The notes under the pieces: model-generated | What the model was told of the DNA's origin: nothing | Databases searched by the model: none | What the model saw: the letters and a program-made list of their open reading frames with translations, nothing else | Program-made: the position numbers and the translations under genes | Part shown: positions 53,528 to 62,278 of the stretch, piece after piece | How the letters are laid out: each line of letters opens with the position of its first letter | Numbering within the stretch: the first letter of the stretch is position 1 | IMG/VR virus record: IMGVR_UViG_3300046171_000197 | Direction: 5' to 3' (one strand) | DNA: 64,000 nucleotides | DNA from: a virus

Positions 53528-56259
53528 CAGAATTCATTCAAAGACATATCGGCATCACCGAAGCAGAACAGGCTCAAATGTTAAAGGATTTGGGTCTTTC
53601 TTCGTTAGACGAATTAGTAAGGCAAGTTGTACCAGATTCAATTTTACTTCGTGGAGATGATAATTTACCAGAACCCTGTAGTGAACAACAAGCACTTGAA
53701 GAGTTAAAAGAAATTTCTGAACATAATATTGTTAAAAGAACTCTTATAGGTCAAGGATATTATGGAACAATTACACCATCAGTAATTTTAAGAAATGTAT
53801 TTGAGAATCCATCTTGGTATACATCTTACACACCATATCAAGCAGAGATATCACAAGGAAGATTAGAAGCATTATTTAATTACCAAACACTAATTACAGA
53901 ACTCACTGGATTACCTGTAGCAAATGCATCATTGTTAGATGAAGGAACTGCAGCAGCAGAAGCAATGATACTTGCATATAGTCAATCTACTAGGAAAATG
54001 GTTTTAGTTGATAGTAAGATATTTCCACAAACTCTTGAAGTATTAAAAACAAGAGCAAAACCATTAGATATTGAAATTAAATTAATAGACTTAGATGAAG
54101 TCCCAGATCTAGGTGATGTATCATTATCATTTGGAATTATTGTTCAGATGCCAAATAATCATGGCAAGTTACGTCACCCTGACGGATTGTTAAGATGTGC
54201 AGAAGTTTATAAGTGTATGAAGATTGCAATTGTAGATCCTTTAGCACAAGTATTGATGCAACCTGTAGGTGAGTTAGGATTTGATATTGCAGTTGGTAGT
54301 ATGCAAAGGTTTGGAGTTCCTATGGGTTTTGGAGGACCTCATGCAGCATTCTTTGCAACCACTGAGAAATATAAACGTAAGATTCCTGGACGTATTGTAG
54401 GGCAGTCGGTAGATAGTCAAGGTAATAAAGCACTACGCTTAGCATTACAAACAAGGGAACAACACATAAGAAGAGACAAAGCAACATCCAATATATGCAC
54501 TGCTCAAGCACTTCTCGCAAATATGGCAGGTTTTTACGCTGCTTACCACGGTGCGGAAGGTCTGAAAAGAATAGCAAATAGAGTACTCCGATATAGACAA
54601 GTGTTATTACTAGCATTGAAATGGTGTGATGTTGAAGTTGATGAATCAGAGGGATTTGATACTGTTAGATTTAAAGGTAAAAAAACTTTAAAAGATTTTA
54701 ATGTAAGGTATGAAGATGGTTGGACTATTTTATCATTAGATGAATGTACAACTATAGAAGAGATTGCATTGATAGTACATTCTCAGTATCCTAATTTTCC
54801 TTTTGAAGTAACTGATATTATTAAAAAATATGAGTGGATGAGTATTCCTTTGAGAAAAAAACCTTGGTTAACTCAAGAAGTATTTAATAAGTATCAGAGT
54901 GAAACTAATATGATGAGATACATTTATGAGTTAGTATCGAAAGATTTCTCACTTGTGAATGGTATGATGCCACTTGGTAGTTGTACAATGAAACTCAATG
55001 CAGCATCAGAACTGATGCCAGTATCTTGGGCAGAGTTTTCAAATATGCATCCATTTGTGCCAGAAGATCAAACTATTGGATATCAAAGAATCATATTTGA
55101 TTTGAAAGAATGGTTATGTGATATAACAGGATTTGCTGACATTTCATTACAACCAAATGCAGGTTCACAAGGTGAGTATGCAGGTCTCCTTGCAATACAA
55201 GAATATCATAGAAGTCGTGGTGATAGCAATAGGAATGTATGCTTAATTCCCACAAGTGCACACGGAACTAATCCTGCATCAGCAGTGATGGCAGGTATGA
55301 AGATAGTTCCTGTCAATTGTGACGAAGATGGAAATATTGATATGGCAGACTTAGAGAAAAAGGCAATTATGAATACCTTTGAACTCTCTTGTATAATGAT
55401 TACATATCCTTCTACTCACGGTGTGTTTGAACCTACTATTAAAGATATTTGTAGAATCATACATGACAATGGTGGTCAGGTATATCTTGATGGTGCAAAT
55501 CTAAACGCACAGGTATGTCTTGCAAAACCTTGTGAGTATGGTGCTGATGTGTGTCATCTTAATTTACATAAAACATTCTGCATTCCTCATGGTGGTGGAG
55601 GACCTGGTGTAGGACCGATTGGTGTTGCGTCACATCTCACACCATTTATAAATCAAAGAGTATCAGCATCTGAATTTGGTAGTGCAAGTATACTACCTAT
55701 CAGTTGGATGTATATAAGAATGATGGGTGGAGAAGGATTAAGAAAGGCAAGTGAGATATCCTTGTTGTCAGCAAACTGGTTAGCGAATGAAATTGATCCA
55801 CACTTTAAAGTTTTATATAAAGCAGAGAATGGTCGTGTTGCACATGAATGTATTTTTGATTGTCGTACATTACCAGTTACAGCAGAAGATGTTGCGAAGA
55901 GATTGATGGATTATGGTTTTCATGCACCTACATTATCTTGGCCAGTTACAAATACGATGATGGTAGAACCAACTGAAAGTGAATCACTTGACGAACTTAA
56001 AAGATTTGTAAAGGCAATGGAGATGATACAAAGAGAAATTTATACTGATAAAAGTATCTTGAAAAACTCACCCCATACTGCAAAGGTTGTCAGTTCAGAC
56101 GAATGGGTGTATAATTATACCAGAGAACAGGCAGCATATCCTGTGAGTCAGAATAATAAGTTCTGGCCAGCAGTATCAAGAATTGATAATGTTTACGGTG
56201 ATCGTAATCTTGTATGCTCCTGTTCTACTTATTTTGATGATGTATCTGATGGAACTTAA
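53524..56259 (+). CDS. gcvP: Glycine dehydrogenase (decarboxylating), glycine cleavage system P protein
   Basis: FIQRHIG, YTPYQAEISQGRLEAL, NASLLDEGTAAAEA, REQHIRRDKATSNICTAQ, PLGSCTMKLN, PLP lysine in HLNLHKTF, PHGGGGPG, GDRNLVCSC; intact 911 aa. Confidence 0.97.
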   Translation: MTEFIQRHIGITEAEQAQMLKDLGLSSLDELVRQVVPDSILLRGDDNLPEPCSEQQALEELKEISEHNIVKRTLIGQGYYGTITPSVILRNVFENPSWYTSYTPYQAEISQGRLEALFNYQTLITELTGLPVANASLLDEGTAAAEAMILAYSQSTRKMVLVDSKIFPQTLEVLKTRAKPLDIEIKLIDLDEVPDLGDVSLSFGIIVQMPNNHGKLRHPDGLLRCAEVYKCMKIAIVDPLAQVLMQPVGELGFDIAVGSMQRFGVPMGFGGPHAAFFATTEKYKRKIPGRIVGQSVDSQGNKALRLALQTREQHIRRDKATSNICTAQALLANMAGFYAAYHGAEGLKRIANRVLRYRQVLLLALKWCDVEVDESEGFDTVRFKGKKTLKDFNVRYEDGWTILSLDECTTIEEIALIVHSQYPNFPFEVTDIIKKYEWMSIPLRKKPWLTQEVFNKYQSETNMMRYIYELVSKDFSLVNGMMPLGSCTMKLNAASELMPVSWAEFSNMHPFVPEDQTIGYQRIIFDLKEWLCDITGFADISLQPNAGSQGEYAGLLAIQEYHRSRGDSNRNVCLIPTSAHGTNPASAVMAGMKIVPVNCDEDGNIDMADLEKKAIMNTFELSCIMITYPSTHGVFEPTIKDICRIIHDNGGQVYLDGANLNAQVCLAKPCEYGADVCHLNLHKTFCIPHGGGGPGVGPIGVASHLTPFINQRVSASEFGSASILPISWMYIRMMGGEGLRKASEISLLSANWLANEIDPHFKVLYKAENGRVAHECIFDCRTLPVTAEDVAKRLMDYGFHAPTLSWPVTNTMMVEPTESESLDELKRFVKAMEMIQREIYTDKSILKNSPHTAKVVSSDEWVYNYTREQAAYPVSQNNKFWPAVSRIDNVYGDRNLVCSCSTYFDDVSDGT

Positions 56260-56629
56260 AGATTGGTTAAACTCTATAAACTTAACAAAAAAGAATTTAA
56301 TTGATGAAGATCCATCTATTGAAAAAGACTATCCTCCTTACATAATTAACCGTTGTTTCTCAGGACACCTAGATGCAATTATGTTTGCAAATGAGATGAA
56401 TATGTCTTCTTTTTTACCAAAGAAGATGCAATATGACTTTTTTATAAATATCCTCAGAACTAAGAAGAGATTCTCTCCTTGGCTCCGCAAAGATACGATT
56501 AAAGATATTGATTATGTAAAACGTTACTATGGTTATAGTAATGAAAAAGCAAAGCAAACGTTGACAATTTTAACTAAAGAACAACTTGCTTTCATTAAAT
56601 CGAAGTTTGAAACTGGAGGAACAAAATGA
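56249..56629 (+). CDS. gp62: Clamp loader small subunit gp62
   Basis: MELKDWLNSIN, YPPYIINR, ANEMN, QYDF..KKRFSPW, YYGYSNEKA. Confidence 0.93.
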   Translation: MELKDWLNSINLTKKNLIDEDPSIEKDYPPYIINRCFSGHLDAIMFANEMNMSSFLPKKMQYDFFINILRTKKRFSPWLRKDTIKDIDYVKRYYGYSNEKAKQTLTILTKEQLAFIKSKFETGGTK

Positions 56630-57075
56630 GTGTGGTACAAGTACCAGAGGTGAAATGGGCGCCTGATAGAATGGTCGAGGTGGTCTTGGGTGAACCAGAC
56701 GATTTTTTAAAAGTTCGTGAGACACTAACTCGTATTGGAGTTGCATCGAGAAAAGAGAAAAAGATATATCAATCATGTCATATACTTCATAAGCAGGGAA
56801 GGTATTATCTTGTCCACTTTAAAGAACTTTTTGCTCTTGACGGGAAACACGCTAACCTTACTATTAATGATGTTCAGCGTCGGAATCGTATTGCTCAACT
56901 TCTTGCTGATTGGGGTCTAATAAGTATTGTAAATGTAGAAACAATACAAGACATTGCACCTTTAAATCAAATTAAAGTATTAGCATACAAAGATAAGGGT
57001 GATTGGATATTAGAAACAAAGTATAATATTGGTAGTAAAAAGAAGAAGGTAGAAGAGAAAGAAGAAAAAGAGTAA
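56626..57075 (+). CDS. regA: Translational repressor RegA
   Basis: PDDFLKVRETLTRIGVAS, QSCHILHKQGRYYLVHFKELF, RRNRIAQLL.DWGL. Confidence 0.96.
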   Translation: MSVVQVPEVKWAPDRMVEVVLGEPDDFLKVRETLTRIGVASRKEKKIYQSCHILHKQGRYYLVHFKELFALDGKHANLTINDVQRRNRIAQLLADWGLISIVNVETIQDIAPLNQIKVLAYKDKGDWILETKYNIGSKKKKVEEKEEKE

Positions 57076-57096
57076 TTTTACTTTAAACTATTTGTA

Positions 57097-57825
57097 ATGA
57101 AAAAATTTATTTTTGATGTTGACGGGACATTAACACCAAGTCGCAAACAAATGCACTCAGGATTCTCTGCAGAGTTTCTTATATTTTGTTGTAAGTTTGA
57201 TACTTACTTAGTAACAGGAAGTGATAAAGATAAAACTATCGAACAGGTTGGATCAGATATTTACAATCGATGTAAGAGAGTATTTAATTGTTCTGGATCA
57301 GATATTTACGATGGGAGAAATAGTGTTTATAGATCAACTTGGAAACCATCTGATGAGTTAATATCTTTTTTAAATGATGAGTTAGACAATAGCACTTTTC
57401 CAACAAGAACAGGTAATCATATTGAACATAGACCTGGTGGAATAAACTTTAGTATTCTTGGTAGAGGTGAAGGTAATATGGAAGGAAGAGATGAATATGT
57501 AAAATGGGATATTAATACTACTGAAAGAATATTAATTGCAGATCGAATTAAATCACAGTTCCCTGATTTAAATGTACAGATAGGAGGACAGACAGGACTT
57601 GATATATCTGATAGTGATAAGAGTCAAATAATTAAATATTTTAATTTTGATGATGATCTTCACTTCTTTGGTGATATGATGGAAGAGGGTCAGAATGATT
57701 ATCCTTTAGCAGAAGCAGTAAAGGAGAGGCTCGGTAAAACGTACCATGTTAAAGATTGGGAAGAAACCCGAACGTTGGTTAGTCGGTTCTCCTCTACCTT
57801 TGCAACTGGTTTAAAGTATAATTAG
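57097..57825 (+). CDS. HAD-IIB phosphomannomutase-like enzyme
   Basis: FDVDGTLTPSR, LVTGSD, GNHIEHR.G.INFS.LGR, GGQTGLDI, FFGD..EGQNDY; resembles eukaryotic-type PMM. Confidence 0.8.
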   Translation: MKKFIFDVDGTLTPSRKQMHSGFSAEFLIFCCKFDTYLVTGSDKDKTIEQVGSDIYNRCKRVFNCSGSDIYDGRNSVYRSTWKPSDELISFLNDELDNSTFPTRTGNHIEHRPGGINFSILGRGEGNMEGRDEYVKWDINTTERILIADRIKSQFPDLNVQIGGQTGLDISDSDKSQIIKYFNFDDDLHFFGDMMEEGQNDYPLAEAVKERLGKTYHVKDWEETRTLVSRFSSTFATGLKYN

Positions 57826-57879
57826 TATTGAATGCCGAAAGGGTTCACATTTTATACTCGCTTTTAAAGGAGAACTATT

Positions 57880-58317
57880 ATGACTGCGCTACAACGCTAT
57901 CACTCTGCTAATCTTCCAGAACTAATGAAGATTATTTCTAAGAATGGGATAGGAATGGACGATTATTTAGATCGTTTCTTTAACAATTCTTATGAAACCA
58001 CAACAAACTATCCACCTTACAATCTTATTCATGTAAATAATGTTGAGTCTGTACTAGAGATTGCTCTTGCAGGATTCAGTAAAAAAGAGTTAAAGGTTTA
58101 CACTGAATATGGAAAACTTATTATCGAAGGACAAAAAGAAACTAAGGAGACAGAATCCGAGTATGTCCATCAAGGACTGGCTCAGAGATCTTTCACAAGA
58201 GAATGGACACTCTCAGATGATGTTAAAATCAGGGATGTCCAATTTAAAGACGGACTTCTTACCGTCAACTTGGGTAAAATAGTTCCAGAGTATCACACTC
58301 GAAAAGACTATCTTTAA
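57880..58317 (+). CDS. hsp20: Small heat shock protein Hsp20
   Basis: NYPPYNL, LEIALAGF, HQGLAQRSFTREW.L, FKDGLL; AAGGAG RBS. Confidence 0.95.
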   Translation: MTALQRYHSANLPELMKIISKNGIGMDDYLDRFFNNSYETTTNYPPYNLIHVNNVESVLEIALAGFSKKELKVYTEYGKLIIEGQKETKETESEYVHQGLAQRSFTREWTLSDDVKIRDVQFKDGLLTVNLGKIVPEYHTRKDYL

Positions 58318-58326
58318 ATAAATTAT

Positions 58327-58353
58327 AAAGGGATCTTGACGATCCCTTTTTTT
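58327..58353 (+). terminator. Rho-independent terminator after hsp20
   Basis: AAAGGGATC-TTGAC-GATCCCTTT plus T run. Confidence 0.85.
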
Positions 58354-58363
58354 ATGCTATAAT
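58336..58363 (+). promoter_or_regulatory. Sigma70-like promoter whose -35 sits in the terminator loop
   Basis: TTGACG-16 nt-TATAAT with extended -10 TG. Confidence 0.7.
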
Positions 58364-58369
58364 ATAAAT

Positions 58370-58440
58370 GCCAGAGAAATACTGGCTGCGGTGATCCCCT
58401 TTGGTAGGTTCAGGATTAGCGGCGATAGGAATCTACCAAA
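58370..58440 (+). ncRNA. Candidate structured RNA (hairpin plus H-type pseudoknot)
   Basis: GC-rich island; stems GCCAG/CTGGC and TTTGGTAGGTTC/GAATCTACCAAA; loop GGATTAGCGGC complementary to upstream GCTGC-gg-TGATCC. Confidence 0.55.
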
Positions 58441-58456
58441 TTAATTATATTTTATT

Positions 58457-58774
58457 ATGGCTATCAAACTAGCAGTCTTGCAAGAACAAGAGCAAGTTAT
58501 TGCAGAAATAAAAGAATTAGTAGACGACGGTAAACCAATTGGATATTTGTTTGCTAATGCTCATCGTGTTTTGACTGAAAAGCAATTTCTTGCAGAAAGT
58601 GATGACGATAGAAAAATTCAAATTACTTTATCTCCTTGGATTTTGTTATCGGCAGATAAAGAAATATTAGTACCAAGACATCAAGTAGTGACCATTGTGG
58701 AACCTATAGATAGTCTTAAAGAAATGTATCTGGAGAAAATAAATGGAAGTGAGAGTTCTAGCATTAGTGAATAA
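58457..58774 (+). CDS. Conserved hypothetical protein, Sm-fold-like paralogue 3
   Basis: IKLAVL..EQVIAEI..LSPWI.LS.DKEI..VVTIVEP..L.EMY. Confidence 0.7.
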   Translation: MAIKLAVLQEQEQVIAEIKELVDDGKPIGYLFANAHRVLTEKQFLAESDDDRKIQITLSPWILLSADKEILVPRHQVVTIVEPIDSLKEMYLEKINGSESSSISE

Positions 58775-59009
58775 TCACTACTTAATTAGTCAGTTGGATG
58801 AAGTTGCATCTGCTGATATTGGAGAACCTGATTGTAAACTTGTAAAACCTTTTATAGTTAATACAGAATCTGGTAAAACTATTCTTGAACCTTTTATGTT
58901 GGATCTCACAAGAGAGGATATTTTTATGATGGGATCTGACAAAATCTTGACATTAGCGGTGCCAACACCTACACTATTAGAACAATATTTAAAATTGATT
59001 AAAGAATGA
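58743..59009 (+). CDS. Conserved hypothetical protein, Sm-fold-like paralogue 4
   Basis: VRVLAL..LISQL..GEPDCKLVKPF..LEPF..SDKILTL..PT..LLEQY. Confidence 0.7.
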   Translation: MEVRVLALVNNHYLISQLDEVASADIGEPDCKLVKPFIVNTESGKTILEPFMLDLTREDIFMMGSDKILTLAVPTPTLLEQYLKLIKE

Positions 59010-61508
59010 GGTTTTACACCAACGTTCAAATGGTTGGAGATAACTTCTTGGTTCGAGGTTATGAAGATGGTAAACACTTCATGACTCGTGAGAAGTTTTA
59101 TCCAACTCTTTTTGTCAACTCTAAAAGAAAGAGTAAGTACAAAACATTGACAGGTCAAGCAGTTGAACCTGTTAAACCTGGTACTGTGCGTGATTGTCGG
59201 GAGTTTATTAAAGGGTATAGTGAAGTTGAAAACTTTGATATTTACGGGAATGAAAGATTTATATACCAATATATTTCTGATAAGTATTCAGAGAATGAAG
59301 TTAAGTTTGATATTGAAAAGATAAAGTTAGTGACTCTTGATATTGAGGTAAAGTCTGAGAATGGTTTCCCTGATGTAGAATCTGCTGCTGAAGAAATACT
59401 ACTCATATCAATACAGGATTATACAACAAAACAGATCCATACTTGGGGTCTAGGTGAATTTAATAATAAACAAAAGAATGTAATTTACAAGTCATTCAGT
59501 ACAGAGTATGATCTTCTAAATGCATTCATTAATTGGTGGATGATAGAGAGTAATACACCAGAAGTTATTACAGGTTGGAACAGTAAGTTATATGATATAC
59601 CATATGTTTGTCGTAGACTCGAAAGAGTTCTTGGTTCTAAGTTGATGAAACGTATGTCACCTTGGGGTTTAGTGACTGAATGCGAAACTCATATTATGGG
59701 TCGTAGACATATCTCATATGATATTGGTGGTGTATCGCAGTTAGATTATCTTGACTTGTATAAGAAGTTTACTTACAAAGCGCAAGAGTCATATCGTTTG
59801 GATTACATTGCAAGTGTTGAACTTGGTCAAAAGAAATTAGACCACTCAGAGTTTGATACGTTTAAGGACTTCTATACAAATGGTTGGCAGAAGTTTGTAG
59901 AATATAACATCATTGACGTTGAACTTGTTGATCGTATGGAAGACAAGATGAAACTGATTGAGTTGGCATTGACGATGGCATATGATGCGAAGGTCAACTA
60001 TGAAGATGTATTCTATCAGGTAAGAATGTGGGATACAATTATCTACAATTATCTTAAGAGAAGAAATATTGTTATACCCCCAAAAGAAAGATCTGATAAA
60101 TCTGATAAGTATGCAGGTGCATATGTAAAGGAACCAATACCTGGCAAGTATGATTGGGTGGTTTCTTTTGACTTGAATAGTCTATATCCACATTTGATTA
60201 TGCAGTATAATATTTCACCAGAAACTTTACTTGAAACAAAACATCCAACAGTTACAGTTGATAAAATTCTCAATGAAGAATTGACATTTGAGATGTATCA
60301 AGACAATGCTGTTTGTGCAAATGGTGCGATGTATCGTAAAGATGTTCGTGGTTTCTTACCAGAACTTATGGAGAAGATGTATAACGAAAGAGTCATCTTC
60401 AAAAAGAGAATGATCAAAGCAAAGAAAGAATATGAAAAGACTAAAACAAAAGATCTTGAAAAAGAAATTGCCCGTTGTAATAATATCCAGATGGCTAAAA
60501 AGATTTCTCTTAACTCTGCCTATGGTGCAATTGGTAATCAATACTTCCGATATTATAAATTAGCAAATGCAGAAGCAATTACCTTATCGGGACAGGTTTC
60601 TATTCGTTGGATAGAAAACAAAATGAATGCATATCTAAACAAAATTTTAAAAACGGAGAATACTGATTATGTTATTGCCAGTGATACTGATTCTATCTAC
60701 CTTAATCTTGGTCCTTTGGTGGAGGTCATATACAAAGATCGAGAGAAGGATGGTGCGAGCATTTGTTCGTTCCTTAATAAGATCTGTGAGATGGAATTTG
60801 AAAAATATATTACGGGTTCTTATGAAACGTTGGCGAAGTACGTAAATGCTTATGATCAGAAGATGTTTATGAAAAGAGAGAACATCGCAGATCGTGGTAT
60901 ATGGACAGCAAAGAAAAGATATATTTTAAATGTCTGGGATAGTGAAGGAGTTAGATATGAGGAACCTAATCTTAAGATGATGGGTATTGAGGCAGTTAAG
61001 TCATCAACTCCTGCACCTTGTCGCACCATGATTAAGAATGGTCTCAAGATCATGATGAATGGAACTGAGGAAGAAGTCATTGATTATATTGATGATTGTC
61101 GCACAAAGTTTAGAAAACTTCCACCAGAAGAAATTGCATTTCCTCGCACAGCATCTAATGTTCAGAAGTATAAAGCATCTTCTACAATCTATGCAAAAGG
61201 AACTCCAATACATGTTCGGGGTGCATTATTATTCAATCATTATATAAAGCAGAAGAAGTTGGATAATAAATATTCACTTATTGGTAATGGAGAGAAAGTT
61301 AAAGTTTCTTTATTTGAAAAAACCAAATATTATACAAGAGAATGTAATTTCTTTCATTCAAGACTTTCCAACTGAAATTGGACTTGACAAGTATATAGAT
61401 TATGATCTACAATTTGAGAAGAGTTTTGTTGAACCAATCAAAGCAATTCTTGATGCGATTGGTTGGAATGTTGAAAAAACTGTAAACCTAGAATTATTTT
61501 TTACCTAA
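59006..61508 (+). CDS. gp43: Family B DNA polymerase gp43 (reconstructed across a frameshift at ~61302)
   Basis: Exonuclease LDIEV, GWNS..YDIPY; polymerase SFDLNSLYPH, KISLNSAYG, ASDTDS, KKRY; C-terminal clamp-binding NLELFF in shifted frame. Confidence 0.97.
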
Positions 61509-61669
61509 TGGATTTACCTATTGATTTAAATGAACTTGATGTTATCATTGAGTCTGTATCAGATGTTGATACTGAATTATGTCGAAAACTAAGATTAGTT
61601 AAAGGTTTAGTTGAAGATGGAAAACCTTATAAAAAGATACTTCGTGAAAAGTATGGTTATGTAGCATAA
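61508..61669 (+). CDS. Small hypothetical protein (53 aa)
   Basis: MDLPIDLNELDVIIESV..LREKYGYVA; TAATG overlaps at both ends. Confidence 0.6.
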   Translation: MDLPIDLNELDVIIESVSDVDTELCRKLRLVKGLVEDGKPYKKILREKYGYVA

Positions 61670-62130
61670 TGTTTTTTAAAAAATTGAGTCTTGTTACTGG
61701 TGGATTTGATCCTATTCATAGTGGACATATATCATATTTTACAAGAGCTAAAGATTTTTCTGATTACCTTGTAGTTGGTATCAATACAGAAGAATGGTTA
61801 ACTAAAAAGAAAGGTCAATACTTTCAATCTTGGGTTGAACGTGCAGAGATTATTCGACATCTTAATATGGTTGATGCAGTTATTACTGTACCAGATGATG
61901 ATAAAGGTTCTGCCTGTGGTGCAATTGAAAAATGCTTAGAGATATCAGAGAAAGTTGTTTTCTGTAATGGTGGAGATAGAGGATCTGACAATACACCAGA
62001 AACTGATAAGTATGATAAAGATCCAAGAGTTGAATTTCAATTTGGTATTGGTGGTGATGATAAGATGAATAGTAGTTCTTGGATACTTAAGGGTTACTTT
62101 GAAAGACAACGTAAATTATTAGGAATATGA
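61669..62130 (+). CDS. Cytidylyltransferase-like protein (RfaE/TagD family)
   Basis: TGGFDPIHSGH (HxGH), LVVGIN, ERAEII, NGGDR, NSSSW. Confidence 0.88.
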   Translation: MFFKKLSLVTGGFDPIHSGHISYFTRAKDFSDYLVVGINTEEWLTKKKGQYFQSWVERAEIIRHLNMVDAVITVPDDDKGSACGAIEKCLEISEKVVFCNGGDRGSDNTPETDKYDKDPRVEFQFGIGGDDKMNSSSWILKGYFERQRKLLGI

Positions 62131-62276
62131 ATTGTTGGCATTGTAATGCAGAATTGATCTGGGGTGGAGATCATGACCTTGACGATTATGAAGATATGGA
62201 GTATGATATAGTTACAAACTTATCATGCCCAAAGTGTGAATCATACGTTGAAGTCTATCATAAGATAGAAAAATAA
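62127..62276 (+). CDS. Small zinc-ribbon protein (49 aa)
   Basis: MNCWHC..ELIWGGDHD..TNLSCPKC..VEVY, two CxxC pairs; ATGA overlap; not in the ORF track. Confidence 0.7.
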   Translation: MNCWHCNAELIWGGDHDLDDYEDMEYDIVTNLSCPKCESYVEVYHKIEK

Positions 62277-62278
62277 TT

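Noticed and set aside
56443-56450. TATAAATA inside gp62
   Set aside because: Lies within coding sequence in an AT-rich genome; may be a late promoter for regA but is not supportable without TSS data.
58370-58440. Structured island as a tRNA or known self-cleaving ribozyme
   Set aside because: No cloverleaf or T-loop, and no hammerhead, twister or pistol core could be matched by eye; kept only as an unassigned structured RNA.
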